A stretch of 63,395 bases of DNA, counting the filler. It is 6 parts of 6 records of this genome, joined end to end, with 100 filler letters (N's around TTAATTAATTAA, not from the genome) between each part and the next. Parts side by side here need not be neighbours in the genome. Positions count along the whole stretch, not along the records: positions 10,961 to 34,773 come from SRR31147125_5185; positions 34,874 to 43,720 come from SRR31147125_5199; 4 more parts are not named here. One strand, written 5' to 3'. Positions 29,726 to 40,510 of this stretch are shown here, in pieces. The translations under genes and the position numbers were made by a program. A model generated the notes under the pieces. That model saw only the letters and a program-made list of their open reading frames with translations, was not told the DNA's origin and ran no database searches. Every line of letters starts with the position of its first letter. Position 1 is the stretch's first letter.

Positions 29726-31996
29726 TCAGTGCTTTGCGTGAATTTCAACCTGATCGTACTTTAGACCGGCGGCACGAGCCGTCACAACAATTTTTCCTTC
29801 TCCTCCTGTAGATTGGACAATTATTGTTGCAGAACCTTTGGCTGCTTCAGCTGATTGAGAACCACCAATGCCAATAATCCTGGCAGGACCATTAGCGCCA
29901 AATGTGACTTTTTGTAGATTGATAGGTACAATGGTTCCCATGGCATCGACAATACGCGCTTCCACAGCAATAGCGTCATAGCCATCGGCCTTTAACTTTT
30001 TTTCTGGTGTCGATAAAATGATCTTTGCAGGTGAGCCTGCTGTCCGAACCATGGACTGAACTTTTATCTTCCCTTTTTTCCCTACAGCTATCAGTTCACC
30101 GGACTCGTAAGGTATATGCCACAATAAATTATTTTTTTCATCCGGTTTTAATTTTTTCCCGTTTAAAGAAAGGGAAACCTGATCACAATTACTCCACACA
30201 TAAACATCTTTAACTTTTCCCTCTTCACCCGGCCAGGTCCAGTGACCGGCAATATGAATGACTGGTTTTTCAGCCCAGCGACTTTGAAGATAATAGGCGC
30301 TCTCCTTAAATCGACGGTAAATATCGATCATACCCGATGTCTGAATGGGCCACACCGGTTTATATGCTGAACCATAATCATGCATGCCCCAAATACAGAT
30401 ACTGCCAAGGTAATTTCTCGATTCCAGAAAATCCAGATCCTTTTTAATCTTTAAAACGCCTTTTAGTTCGCTATCATAATCTCCATAAATGGAGTTATCC
30501 GGATTTGTACATTCTGTATTGGCTAATTTTAACTGAGGATACATTTCATGCAATTCGTCATAATGGGATAGTTTATAATTTAATCCCAAAACGTCCGGGA
30601 GAAAAACGGTTCCGGTTCGAATGCCTTCTTTAAAATTATTTTCAGCGTATGAAGTAGGCCGTGTCGGATCTAATCGATGCGCTGTTTTTTGCAAACGGTT
30701 AAACATTTTTACGGAACGTCCCTCATTCATGAGCCCCCACATGATTATCGAAGGGTGATTTCTGTCCCTACGAATCATATCTTCCAGGGAGTTGTTAGTA
30801 TGTTCAATAAATTCATCACCACCAATATGTTGCCAGGAGGGTATTTCCTCGTATACCATAATACCGAGTTTGTCACATGCGCTTAAAAAATCAGGATGTT
30901 GAGGGTAATGGGAACATCTAACGAAATTCGCACCCAATTCTTTCAAGATTTTGGCATCTTTTATCTGTAACCGCGGCGGAAGCGCATTTGCCAGGCCGGG
31001 ATAACATTGATGTCTATTGAGGCCGCGTAATTTATAGGGTTTTCCATTAAGATAAAATCCATTTTGCGCATCAAATTCGAACGATCGAAATCCGACCAAA
31101 GTAACAAGATCATCTACAGGTTCCCCATCTTTTATCAGGCTGACTTTCAATGTATACAATTTGGGATTTTCAGGCGTCCATAACGTCACATTTTTTATTG
31201 ACGTTTCAAGCTGGTCGCAGGGTATGCTGAGACCCGTTGGAACCCGGACAGAGTTATCAAAAGTAGCAATAATCTTATTATTATCAAAAAGTTGACATTT
31301 TACATCAACTTTAGCCGGTTCTTTCAGCTCATTTTGAACCTGAATCTGAACCGATATATTGGATTCTTTTTTGTCTACTATGGGCGTTGTCACAAAAAAA
31401 TCATTTTCTACAAGATGTACGGGAGATAAACTAAGCAGTTCGACTTCTCTGTACATACCGCCATAACAATTAAAATCCATTCTCCACCGACCTGGAGGAA
31501 TTTCATCATTATGAATATTATTAGCTCTAACAGCAACAAGATTTACCTGACCCCACTGGACAACATTTGTTATGTCAATGTCAATGGGCGTGTAACCACC
31601 TGTAAAAGTGCCATAAGCGACTCCATTCACCCATATCTGCGCCTGACTTGCAATGGCGCCAAAACGTAAAATCAGGATTCGGCCCTTATGTTCCGGGTTC
31701 ACAGTAAAATGCTTTCGATACCAACCAAAACCACGATAATACCCTCTTAGCGAATCAAAGGTATCACCCATATTCCAGGAATGCGGGATTCGAATTTTAA
31801 TCCATTTGGAATCATTCCATCCGGGGAGGGCCGCATTGGAGACTCCAACCCAATCGTCTTTTTCAAAAAGCCAGTCTTTATTAAAATCAATAATGTGCCG
31901 ATATACAGGCATTACATCATTGTTATTTGATACTCCATAACTCTGTCCTATAACAATAATGAGCAATATAGTGGTAACAACTGTTTTTAATTTCAT
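29726..31996 (-). CDS. Glycoside hydrolase family 2 (secreted)
   Basis: Signal peptide; GWYRKHF, GLNRHQ, NFVRCSHYP, RDRNHPSIIMWGLMNE (acid/base), NTEC (nucleophile). Confidence 0.93.
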   Translation of the reverse strand: MKLKTVVTTILLIIVIGQSYGVSNNNDVMPVYRHIIDFNKDWLFEKDDWVGVSNAALPGWNDSKWIKIRIPHSWNMGDTFDSLRGYYRGFGWYRKHFTVNPEHKGRILILRFGAIASQAQIWVNGVAYGTFTGGYTPIDIDITNVVQWGQVNLVAVRANNIHNDEIPPGRWRMDFNCYGGMYREVELLSLSPVHLVENDFFVTTPIVDKKESNISVQIQVQNELKEPAKVDVKCQLFDNNKIIATFDNSVRVPTGLSIPCDQLETSIKNVTLWTPENPKLYTLKVSLIKDGEPVDDLVTLVGFRSFEFDAQNGFYLNGKPYKLRGLNRHQCYPGLANALPPRLQIKDAKILKELGANFVRCSHYPQHPDFLSACDKLGIMVYEEIPSWQHIGGDEFIEHTNNSLEDMIRRDRNHPSIIMWGLMNEGRSVKMFNRLQKTAHRLDPTRPTSYAENNFKEGIRTGTVFLPDVLGLNYKLSHYDELHEMYPQLKLANTECTNPDNSIYGDYDSELKGVLKIKKDLDFLESRNYLGSICIWGMHDYGSAYKPVWPIQTSGMIDIYRRFKESAYYLQSRWAEKPVIHIAGHWTWPGEEGKVKDVYVWSNCDQVSLSLNGKKLKPDEKNNLLWHIPYESGELIAVGKKGKIKVQSMVRTAGSPAKIILSTPEKKLKADGYDAIAVEARIVDAMGTIVPINLQKVTFGANGPARIIGIGGSQSAEAAKGSATIIVQSTGGEGKIVVTARAAGLKYDQVEIHAKH

Positions 31997-32019
31997 AAAT
32001 AATCCTCTGTCAATGAAAA

Positions 32020-34773
32020 TTATAATTCAACATGAAACTCAAAATTCCCGGCTCCAACTTGAAAGACAGCTGAATCTTTGTCAAACTTTTCAAATTCGAC
32101 TCCGGCTGTGGAATCAACGGATTTGCCATCTTTTACAAGCACCTGTTTCCCCTCACGTATCGTTAATGGCTTTCGACCAAACGTAGGTACATGTACCAGA
32201 GCTGATGTATTAGCTGGTATATTCACTTTTAAAATCAGCTGATTTTCTGTCTTGTCCCACCTGGTAGAGAGTTCTCCATACAAGGTTTTTAAACGTGCTT
32301 CTGCCCAGGTTAAATCACTCACTGGTTTTGGAGCGATAACCGATTTCTTGAATCCCGGATATTGTGGATCCGGTCGTATACCGGCGAGATAAGCAAAATA
32401 CCATTCTCCTACAGAGCCAAGCGCAAAATGATTGCGGGAGTTCATTCCAGGACCCTCTGTATCACTATTCCACAACTCCCAGATGGTAGTTGCATTTTGT
32501 TTGACCATATGGCCCCATGAAGGATAGGTTTCCTGAGATGCTACCTTGTATGCAACATCATGATATCCGTAATCACTCAGCATCGGCAAAAGATAAGACG
32601 TTCCAATAAATCCCGTAGAAAGATGGTAATCGCGTTCCTTAACATCTTGCACTATATTGGCAATGACATTTTCGCATAGCTCATCAGGTGTAATACCAAA
32701 TGCAAGAGGTAAAAGATTCGCACTCTGGGTAGCACCTGTATATTGAAATGTCTCTTTATTCAAATGCTTTTTATTATAAGCGAGCGCTACTTTAGCTGCC
32801 AATGACTCATATTTCTGCGCATCATCATTCTTGCCAATTATGGCAGCCATTTTTGCTAACAAACTGGTGCTATAATAGAAATAGGCTGATCCAATAGGTT
32901 TCTTTGGAGAAGGCACAACAGCGACCCAATCACCATAACCTTCCACTTCATACAAATCAGCTTTACTTTCTGTTTCCATATAGCCAACCCATCCTGCCAT
33001 GGTAGCGTAATTGTCCTCTATAATTCGTTTGTCGCCGTAAAACTGGTAAATCACCCACGGAATAACAACCACAGCATCACCCCAGCCCGGGCTTGCTGGC
33101 CCTTTAAACATTAATCTTGGATTTACATCATAGACTCCACCATTCTCGAGCTGGCAATCTGACATATCATGCATCCATTTACTGAAAAATCGCGCCATAT
33201 TTCTGTTATAGCTGGCAGTAGGAGCAAATATTTGCGCGTCACCCATCCATCCCAGGCGCTCATCCCGTTGCGGACAATCAGTGGGTACGCTGTGCATGTT
33301 TCCACGTAAGCCCCAGTTGATATTTTTCTGGACATTATTTAACAATTCATTGGAACAGGCAAAATGACCAATAAGTGGAGCAGCCGAATGAAAAACTCTG
33401 CCGGTGATGGCATCTTTTTTGGGTTTCCCGGGATATCCCGTGACTTCAACATATCGAAATCCGTGGTAGGTAAATAGCGGTTCCCATATTTCAGTACCAC
33501 CCCCTTTTAATATATATGTGTCAGTCGCTTTGGCTGTGCGCAGATTTTCCGTATAGATATTTCCATCTTTTTGTAATGTTTCAGCAAACCGGAGCACGGT
33601 CTTTGTTCCTGAAGCGCCTTTTACTTTTAACCGGACACACCCTACCATATTTTGTCCAAAATCAAAGATATATTTTCCCGGTTCTGGCGATGATATATCG
33701 ACAGGTTTAAGTTCCTGAGTTACCTGAATGGTTGGGCCTTGTTGTGAAACCAGTTTGGCGGTTTCTTTATCAAAAACAATCACAGGCTCCCAATCCGTCT
33801 TTTTTAAACCCGATTTATCCCAATCCGGTACTTCCTGTGTTGCATCATAGGTTTCACCGTGATATATGGAATTTTCAATAATGGGAGAATTATGAGTGTG
33901 CCAACCTTCATCCGTCACAATAGTTGCACTGCTTCCATCCTCATAATCAAGAACCAGTTGCATAAGAAAACGTAAAGGCCCTTCACTATATACGGTTTTT
34001 CCTCTTGAGCCTAAACCACCACTCCACCATACGTTTCCAAGAATAGCTCCGACACAATTTTCTCCAGCTTTCATCATTGAAGTGACATCATAGGTCTGGT
34101 ATTGTATACGATCCGGATAAAAGGTCCATCCGGGTGTGAATATATCTTTTCCAATCCTTTGTCCATTAATATGCATATTGTAACTACCTAATCCGGTAAC
34201 ATAGACACGAGCCCGCTTTAGGTTTTTCCCAACTTTAAATTCTTTTCGGACAAGCACTGAACGAGGCGCTTCAAATATTTCAGCAGGATCAATTTTCCCC
34301 CACTGGTCACCACCATATTTCTCAAGAACCTGAACTTTTTTCCAATTTTGATCTGAAAACCCGGTCTTTTTCCATCCTGGTTTTTGTGTTGTGCTGTTGA
34401 TCCATGTTTTATCCGAATTGATGACACTGGATGTACCATCGGTGAACTCAATTTTCAGGCTAAAAATTAAACCACAGGCAGTACCGGCATTATTGGCTGC
34501 TTTAATGGCAATACTATTTTTACCCTGGATTAATTGTTCTTTTGCGTCAAAATCATAAACTTCAATCCATTTTGTGCCGCTTCCCAGTTCTTTTTCATTA
34601 AGAAACACCGTAAAATAATTATCCGCAGTGGTTCGAATCAACGCTTTTTTGATTTTTTTATGAGCAGCAAGGGTAAAACTTTTACGAAAATAGACAGGTA
34701 TGTCTATGCCCCTCTCTTCAGGATGCCATATCCAGTATCCCCAGGGCCATTTTTCAATCTCATCCTCTTTTTT
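32020..34773 (-). CDS. GH78 alpha-L-rhamnosidase (5' truncated)
   Basis: FDFGQN, FTYHGFRY, PTDCPQRDERLGWMGD, TTIWELW, MNSRNH; the frame stays open to the contig edge. Confidence 0.93.
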   Translation of the reverse strand, partial: KKEDEIEKWPWGYWIWHPEERGIDIPVYFRKSFTLAAHKKIKKALIRTTADNYFTVFLNEKELGSGTKWIEVYDFDAKEQLIQGKNSIAIKAANNAGTACGLIFSLKIEFTDGTSSVINSDKTWINSTTQKPGWKKTGFSDQNWKKVQVLEKYGGDQWGKIDPAEIFEAPRSVLVRKEFKVGKNLKRARVYVTGLGSYNMHINGQRIGKDIFTPGWTFYPDRIQYQTYDVTSMMKAGENCVGAILGNVWWSGGLGSRGKTVYSEGPLRFLMQLVLDYEDGSSATIVTDEGWHTHNSPIIENSIYHGETYDATQEVPDWDKSGLKKTDWEPVIVFDKETAKLVSQQGPTIQVTQELKPVDISSPEPGKYIFDFGQNMVGCVRLKVKGASGTKTVLRFAETLQKDGNIYTENLRTAKATDTYILKGGGTEIWEPLFTYHGFRYVEVTGYPGKPKKDAITGRVFHSAAPLIGHFACSNELLNNVQKNINWGLRGNMHSVPTDCPQRDERLGWMGDAQIFAPTASYNRNMARFFSKWMHDMSDCQLENGGVYDVNPRLMFKGPASPGWGDAVVVIPWVIYQFYGDKRIIEDNYATMAGWVGYMETESKADLYEVEGYGDWVAVVPSPKKPIGSAYFYYSTSLLAKMAAIIGKNDDAQKYESLAAKVALAYNKKHLNKETFQYTGATQSANLLPLAFGITPDELCENVIANIVQDVKERDYHLSTGFIGTSYLLPMLSDYGYHDVAYKVASQETYPSWGHMVKQNATTIWELWNSDTEGPGMNSRNHFALGSVGEWYFAYLAGIRPDPQYPGFKKSVIAPKPVSDLTWAEARLKTLYGELSTRWDKTENQLILKVNIPANTSALVHVPTFGRKPLTIREGKQVLVKDGKSVDSTAGVEFEKFDKDSAVFQVGAGNFEFHVEL

Positions 34774-34873
34774 NNNNNNNNNNNNNNNNNNNNNNNNNNN
34801 NNNNNNNNNNNNNNNNNTTAATTAATTAANNNNNNNNNNNNNNNNNNNNNNNNNNNNNNNNNNNNNNNNNNNN
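34774..34873. other. Artificial contig spacer
   Basis: N44-TTAATTAATTAA-N44. Confidence 0.98.
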
Positions 34874-35183
34874 TTTTTGGGATAACTTTATTACTTGGTT
34901 TGGATTAGCAGGAAGCTGGTTTGCTGGTTTATGTTTGGTTGGCCCAGCTTGGTATTTAAATCACTACAAAAAACTTATTAAAAGTATACCTGGAGCAGTT
35001 TTCGTTGATATGGGACTTGCAATTGCAGTTACTAATATAACATTTTCGATGTTAAAACAGCAAAATGGTTTAAGTATTTCGGCTTTTAATAAATCTGTAC
35101 CAACGCTTTTATTTTTGGCAATTGGAGCATTTATAGGTGCAGAGGTATCATATTATCTTAATAAAAAAATGGAGAAATTATGA
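34874..35183 (+). CDS. Lin0368-family membrane protein (5' truncated)
   Basis: G..G.WFAG....GPAWYLNHY...I.....AVFVDMGLAIAV pattern. Confidence 0.7.
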
Positions 35184-35516
35184 GTATTCAACAGATGTTA
35201 ACTACAGTTCTGGGTGGATTTTTTTGCTCTGTTTTTACAGCTGATATGGGATCGCCTGGTGGATAAACTAGGAGGTGCAGGAGGCCTGATTGCTGCAATG
35301 TTAATACCTGGAACTATGTGGATTATTAATCACGGTTTACCAAATAAACTTGTTCTTCAGACGGGCAGCGTTTGGATAGATATGTCTTGGGCTGCTGCAA
35401 TCGGAGGGATTGTAGTGACTAAGAAGTCTGGAAATAGTATATTGAAATCACTGCCAAACATAGTGGCTGCCATAATAGGCGGAGTTTTGGCAGGAGGATT
35501 TATTTATTTTTTGTAA
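35180..35516 (+). CDS. Second Lin0368-family membrane protein (one apparent frameshift)
   Basis: MSIQQMLTTVLGGFF...WDRLVDKLGGAGG...PGTMWIINHG...WIDM after removing one T at 35219-35225; ATGA overlap with the previous gene. Confidence 0.7.
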
Positions 35517-35609
35517 TTTATAAAACATATAAGTGGTTATTTATGAAAAAAAGATAGATAGACAAAAAAGAGGTGGAAAATAATAAAAAGGAATTATAGG
35601 ATATACAAA

Positions 35610-36748
35610 ATGCTTTATTTTATGGTATATCTATCAATGGCAACATTTTATCCGCTACTAGGAAGATATTATCAAATGCTTAATTTTAGTGGAACTGAAA
35701 TAGGAATATTATTTGGTGCAGGAACTTTTACAACTATGTTGATTCAACCTCTTTGGGGAATTATATGTGACAAAAGGGGTAAATGTAAAGAGGTGTGTGC
35801 AGTGATGCAGATATCAATAATTTTTATCGCGTTAGTTCTGCCAGCTGTAAAAAGTTACTATAGCTTGCTAATAGTTATGGTAATTCATTTTGTTTTTCAG
35901 TGTGGACTATTTCCAATATTAGATACAATGGTTTTTAAAGATGTTTATGATTTTGGGAAGATAAGATTATGGGGTTCCTTAGGTTTTGCTGTTATGGTAT
36001 TATTTTCTGGGAAAATCTCAGAAATTATTGGGATAAATAATATGTTTTATCTTTATTCTTTCTCAACGGCAATGTCGCTTTTAATTTTGCTACAACTAAA
36101 GGAAGTTGAGGTTAAAACGGAGCATAAAGAGAAAAAGTCGACTTTAAAAACATTGAGGGAATTAGCAAAACCAGAGTTTATCCTATTTGTTTTAGTTAGT
36201 TTTTTCTTATTGGAACGTTTATGGGAGCTAGCCCATTTTATTCAATCTTATTTACTGAAAAAATGGGTAATATGACAATGTTTGGTATTAGTTATTTTTT
36301 TATAGCAGCATCAGAGATACCTTTTTTAAGATGGAGTAAAAAAATTGTTAGGAGAATGGGAAGTGAAAAAGCTTTGATACTAGCTGGAATCATTCTTTTG
36401 TTTCGATTTTCATTGTATGGAATAGCCAGCACATATGTATCTTTACTTATATTTTCTGTCGTGGCCGGAAGTTATGTTGGTTTTCTCTTACCCGCAGTAG
36501 CAGAGTACCTTAAGGAGCACATTAAAGCTGAAAATAGATCAACAGCAATTGGAATATATAGTTCCGCAGGTAACGGACTTGGCGCAATGTTGTTTCAGTT
36601 ATCTGGTGGAGTTATTTATGATTATACCAATATATCTATGGTGTATGCATTTCTTTGTTGTTTTGTAATTTTCGGAATAATTTCAGCGTTTCTACTAATG
36701 AAACTAAATAGAAAAATAATACCTTATGCAAGCGTTTCAAGTAAATGA
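35610..36748 (+). CDS. MFS transporter (MFS_1_like / HcaT-NHS-like), one apparent frameshift
   Basis: QPLWGIICDK, FGKIRLWGSLGF, SEIPF. One extra T at 36200-36205 joins both ORFs into a 12-TM protein. Confidence 0.82.
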
Positions 36749-36785
36749 AAAAATCAACCTCCAGATCTTTTGAAGGTTGATTTTT
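36748..36785. terminator. Bidirectional terminator
   Basis: AAAAAATCAACCT...AGGTTGATTTTT between convergent genes. Confidence 0.75.
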
Positions 36786-36800
36786 AATGTCTAACTCTTT

Positions 36801-38633
36801 TTATAGAGTTATTTTATTTTTAAATTGACTTGAGTATAGATTAAAGTAAAAACCTTTGGATTCAAGTAGTTCGTGATGGTTACCTTTTTCTATAATTTCA
36901 CCATTATTAATAACCATGATTTTATCCGCTTCTCTGATCGTGCTTAACCTATGGGCTATTATAAATGTAGTTTTACCCTCCATTAGATTAAGTAGAGCTT
37001 CCTGGATATGTATCTCGGTTCTAGTATCGACACTACTGGTTGCTTCATCTAATATAAGTATATCATGGTCAGCTAACATAGCTCTAGCTATTGATAATAA
37101 CTGTCTCTGCCCCTGACTTAGGTTATTTCCTTCTTCTGAAAGCACAGTATCATATCCATGTGGAAGTTTCTCGATGAAGTGGTGCGCGTTAGCTAATTTA
37201 GCAACCTCTTCTACTTCTTCATCGCTGGCAGAGAGTTTTCCAAATCTAATGTTTTCTCTAACAGTATCTGAGAATAGGTAAGTATCTTGTAAAACAATCC
37301 CCATTCTTTTCCGAAGACTTCTCTTTGTAATATCATTGATATTCATATTATCAAGTTTAATATCACCACTGTCTATCTCATAGAATCTACTAAGTAGATT
37401 AATTATAGTAGTTTTACCTGCTCCTGTAGGGCCAACTAATGCGATAGTTTGGCCAGGTTCAGCTCTAAAGGTGATGTTTTTTAGTATAGGATTTCCTTCT
37501 ACATAAGAAAAATCGACACTGTCAAACTCAACTTTTCCAATCAAGTTATCAACATCATTTTTCTCTTTTTCTCCTCTAAACTCTGTTTCAACAGCCATAA
37601 TCTCAAAGACTCTCTCAGCACCAGCGATTGCACTCTGTATAGTATTATATAGCTGCGCTAATTCATTAAGTGGTCGCCCAAATTGTTTTGAGTAGTTTAA
37701 AAACGCGGCAATGGTACCAATAGTTGTAATTCCAAGCACGCTAAACCAAGCTCCAAAAGACACAATTATTGCAAATCTAAGGTTGTTTGTAAAGTTCATA
37801 ACAGGACCCATTAGCCTAGAGTAGCTCTGTGCCTTTATTGCATTATCTCTAACCTCAGCATTTTTTTCAATAAATTCAGTCAAAATTTCTCTTTCTCTAA
37901 CATAAGTTTTAATAACTTTTTGACCGCTTATTTTTTCTTCTATAATTCCGTTTATTTCTCCAAGGCTTTTTTGTAAATCCTTGAAGTATTTACTAGTAAA
38001 CTTAACAATATTTCTAACGATAAATAGAACTAGCGGAATAGTAAGAATCGCTACACAAGCTAATTGCCAGTTAACAGTAGTCATCAGTATAGCGGAACCA
38101 AGAATCATAAGGAAACTTGAAATCATTTTAGTAACACTTTCGTTAAGCGTATTACTAATATTATCAATATCATTAGTTAGCCTACTCATTAAATCCCCTT
38201 TACTTTTACTCTCTATAAATGATAAAGGGAGAGTTTGTATTTTCTCAAACAGCTCCTTACGAATAACTGCAACTGTTCTCTGGGATATTCCTATCATAAT
38301 ATATGACTCTATCCATGTAACTATTGCTCCAGCAGTATATATAGCTATCAGGATAAAGGCATTGTTTTTTAAACCTTGAATATTTCCCTGCGATATATAG
38401 GTATCGATAGTGATACCTAAATAATAAGGAGCCGCAAGTGATGTTATTATAGTAATGATAACTAGGAGAGCAGAAACGCTTATTAGTTTATACTCTTTAG
38501 CTAAATATTTCAAAAGTTTTTTTACTGTGGCACGACTATTTTTTACTACTGCTTTTTCCTGGTGAAACCTAGGGCCTCTTCTCATTCCCATTGGATTGAT
38601 ACTAGGTTTATTATCTTTAGTTGCCAAAGTCAT
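36801..38633 (-). CDS. Heterodimeric ABC exporter, permease + ATPase (consensus-site half)
   Basis: TMD, GPTGAGKTT, LSQGQRQ, LILDEATS, IAHRLST. Confidence 0.93.
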   Translation of the reverse strand: MTLATKDNKPSINPMGMRRGPRFHQEKAVVKNSRATVKKLLKYLAKEYKLISVSALLVIITIITSLAAPYYLGITIDTYISQGNIQGLKNNAFILIAIYTAGAIVTWIESYIMIGISQRTVAVIRKELFEKIQTLPLSFIESKSKGDLMSRLTNDIDNISNTLNESVTKMISSFLMILGSAILMTTVNWQLACVAILTIPLVLFIVRNIVKFTSKYFKDLQKSLGEINGIIEEKISGQKVIKTYVREREILTEFIEKNAEVRDNAIKAQSYSRLMGPVMNFTNNLRFAIIVSFGAWFSVLGITTIGTIAAFLNYSKQFGRPLNELAQLYNTIQSAIAGAERVFEIMAVETEFRGEKEKNDVDNLIGKVEFDSVDFSYVEGNPILKNITFRAEPGQTIALVGPTGAGKTTIINLLSRFYEIDSGDIKLDNMNINDITKRSLRKRMGIVLQDTYLFSDTVRENIRFGKLSASDEEVEEVAKLANAHHFIEKLPHGYDTVLSEEGNNLSQGQRQLLSIARAMLADHDILILDEATSSVDTRTEIHIQEALLNLMEGKTTFIIAHRLSTIREADKIMVINNGEIIEKGNHHELLESKGFYFNLYSSQFKNKITL

Positions 38634-40392
38634 CACCTCCAAGTTGAGATTTGAATATATCTCTATAGATAGCACTTGTTTTAATTAGATCATCGTGTTT
38701 TCCTTGAGATTCTATTTCACCTTCATCAAGTACTATAATATTGTCAGCCTCGAGAACTGAACTAATTCTTTGTGCAATTATTATGCTGGTTCTATTTTTC
38801 ATGATAATTTTTAGTTCATCTTGTATTTTGCTTTCAGTTTCAGCATCTACTGCTGAAGTAGTATCGTCTAATATTAGGATTTTAGGTTTAGTAATTAGAG
38901 CTCTCGCTATGGCGATACGTTGTTTTTGACCACCTGACAGGTTGATACCTCTCTGACCAAGTATTGTTTCATACTCTTCATCTAAACTATTTATAAAATC
39001 ATGTGCTTGAGCAGCTTTTGCGGCAGATTTTATCTCCTCAGAACTAGCATCAGGTTTACCAAATGCGATATTTTCTTGAATACTACCACTAAACAATAAA
39101 CTTCTCTGAAGAACCGTTCCTATTTGTGCCCTTAGATTTTTCATATCAAAGTCTCGTATATTTTTATCATCAATATAGATGTTTCCTTTGTCGAGCTCGA
39201 AAAATCTAGGAATCAGACTAATTAGAGTGGATTTCCCCGAACCTGTAGCACCTAGTATAGCTGTAGTTGTACCTGCCTCTATCTCAAAATTAAGATTTTT
39301 TAGAACAGGATAACACTCCTCTGAGCTATCATATTCAAATGAAACATTTTCAAATTTAATTTTCCCAGCTTTTATCTCATCCAAGCTATCTGCAATATTA
39401 ATCTTTTGCATTAAATCTCTTTCATCTAACTCTGAGTCTATATTGAATAGTTCTACTATTCTCTCAACAGAAGCCCCACTTCTAGAGCTCATAATCAGTA
39501 TCATAGCAAACATCATAAGCGACTGAGATAAAATCATTAGATAATTAATAAAAGCTATAATCTGCCCTAGTTGCATAGAGCCTTTTGTAACTGAGATACC
39601 TCCAAAGTAGAGAACAGCTACAGTTCCAAAGTTAAGTAATAGCATAATCATAGGTCTCTGAAGTGCCACAGTTCTAGAAGCATTTATCATTTTTTTCATA
39701 AACATTTCATTTACTTTTTTCAGTCTTTCGTTTTCAAATTTACCTCTAACAAAAGCCTTAACAGTTCTAATACCAGATAGATTTTCCTGAATAACCTTGT
39801 TTACTGAATCAAGCTGATTCTGTACGGCCATAAACTTTGGAAAAGCTATAGATAATATAATTATCATTGATAGAACAATTATGGGGATTAAAACGGCCAT
39901 TATTATAGAGAGTTTAGTGCTAGTCATAATAGCCATTATCAAACTACCACAAACTAATAGTGGTGCTCTAACTAACATACTAAGTCCCATCATAATAAGT
40001 CTTTGTACCTGCTCCACATCATTAGTAAGCCTAGTGATTATATGTCCTGTAGTTATTTTATCCAGGTCATAAAATGACATGGACTGTACTTTTTTAAATA
40101 GTGCCTCTCTAATATCTGCCCCAGTTTTCATAGCAGCGTTTGTAGAGAAAAAACCGCAACCTGCTCCGCCTAACATACCTATAAAGGCAACGATGAGCAT
40201 AATTCCGCCGTTTTTTAGCACAAAACTACTCTGTCCCTGTACGATACCAATATCAATAGCTTGCTTCATAAGCATAGGTTGCATTAAATCCATCATTACC
40301 TCTACCAGCATAGCAAGTGGAGCTAGAATAGCATACTTGATGTATGGTTTGAGGTAGGGATATATTTTATTAAGTGGTATTTTTTTTATCAT
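38617..40392 (-). CDS. Heterodimeric ABC exporter, permease + ATPase (degenerate-site half)
   Basis: GATGSGKST, LSGGQKQR, LILDDTTS (D for E), IAQRISS (Q for H), as in TM287/288-type pairs. Confidence 0.93.
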   Translation of the reverse strand: MIKKIPLNKIYPYLKPYIKYAILAPLAMLVEVMMDLMQPMLMKQAIDIGIVQGQSSFVLKNGGIMLIVAFIGMLGGAGCGFFSTNAAMKTGADIREALFKKVQSMSFYDLDKITTGHIITRLTNDVEQVQRLIMMGLSMLVRAPLLVCGSLIMAIMTSTKLSIIMAVLIPIIVLSMIIILSIAFPKFMAVQNQLDSVNKVIQENLSGIRTVKAFVRGKFENERLKKVNEMFMKKMINASRTVALQRPMIMLLLNFGTVAVLYFGGISVTKGSMQLGQIIAFINYLMILSQSLMMFAMILIMSSRSGASVERIVELFNIDSELDERDLMQKINIADSLDEIKAGKIKFENVSFEYDSSEECYPVLKNLNFEIEAGTTTAILGATGSGKSTLISLIPRFFELDKGNIYIDDKNIRDFDMKNLRAQIGTVLQRSLLFSGSIQENIAFGKPDASSEEIKSAAKAAQAHDFINSLDEEYETILGQRGINLSGGQKQRIAIARALITKPKILILDDTTSAVDAETESKIQDELKIIMKNRTSIIIAQRISSVLEADNIIVLDEGEIESQGKHDDLIKTSAIYRDIFKSQLGGDDFGN

Positions 40393-40510
40393 AATATCAA
40401 TCCTTTCATAAATTGAAAGAAAATTTCTTCAATCAATATATTTTAGTACTAAAATTTCAACGTTTTAAAGGTGTTGAGTAAAGTATTGTTAAAATCTATT
40501 TATTAGTCGC

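Noticed and set aside
34641..34773. Suspected frameshift at the 5' end of GH78
   Set aside because: Recounting the A-runs shows the frame is open to the contig edge; the gene is simply truncated.
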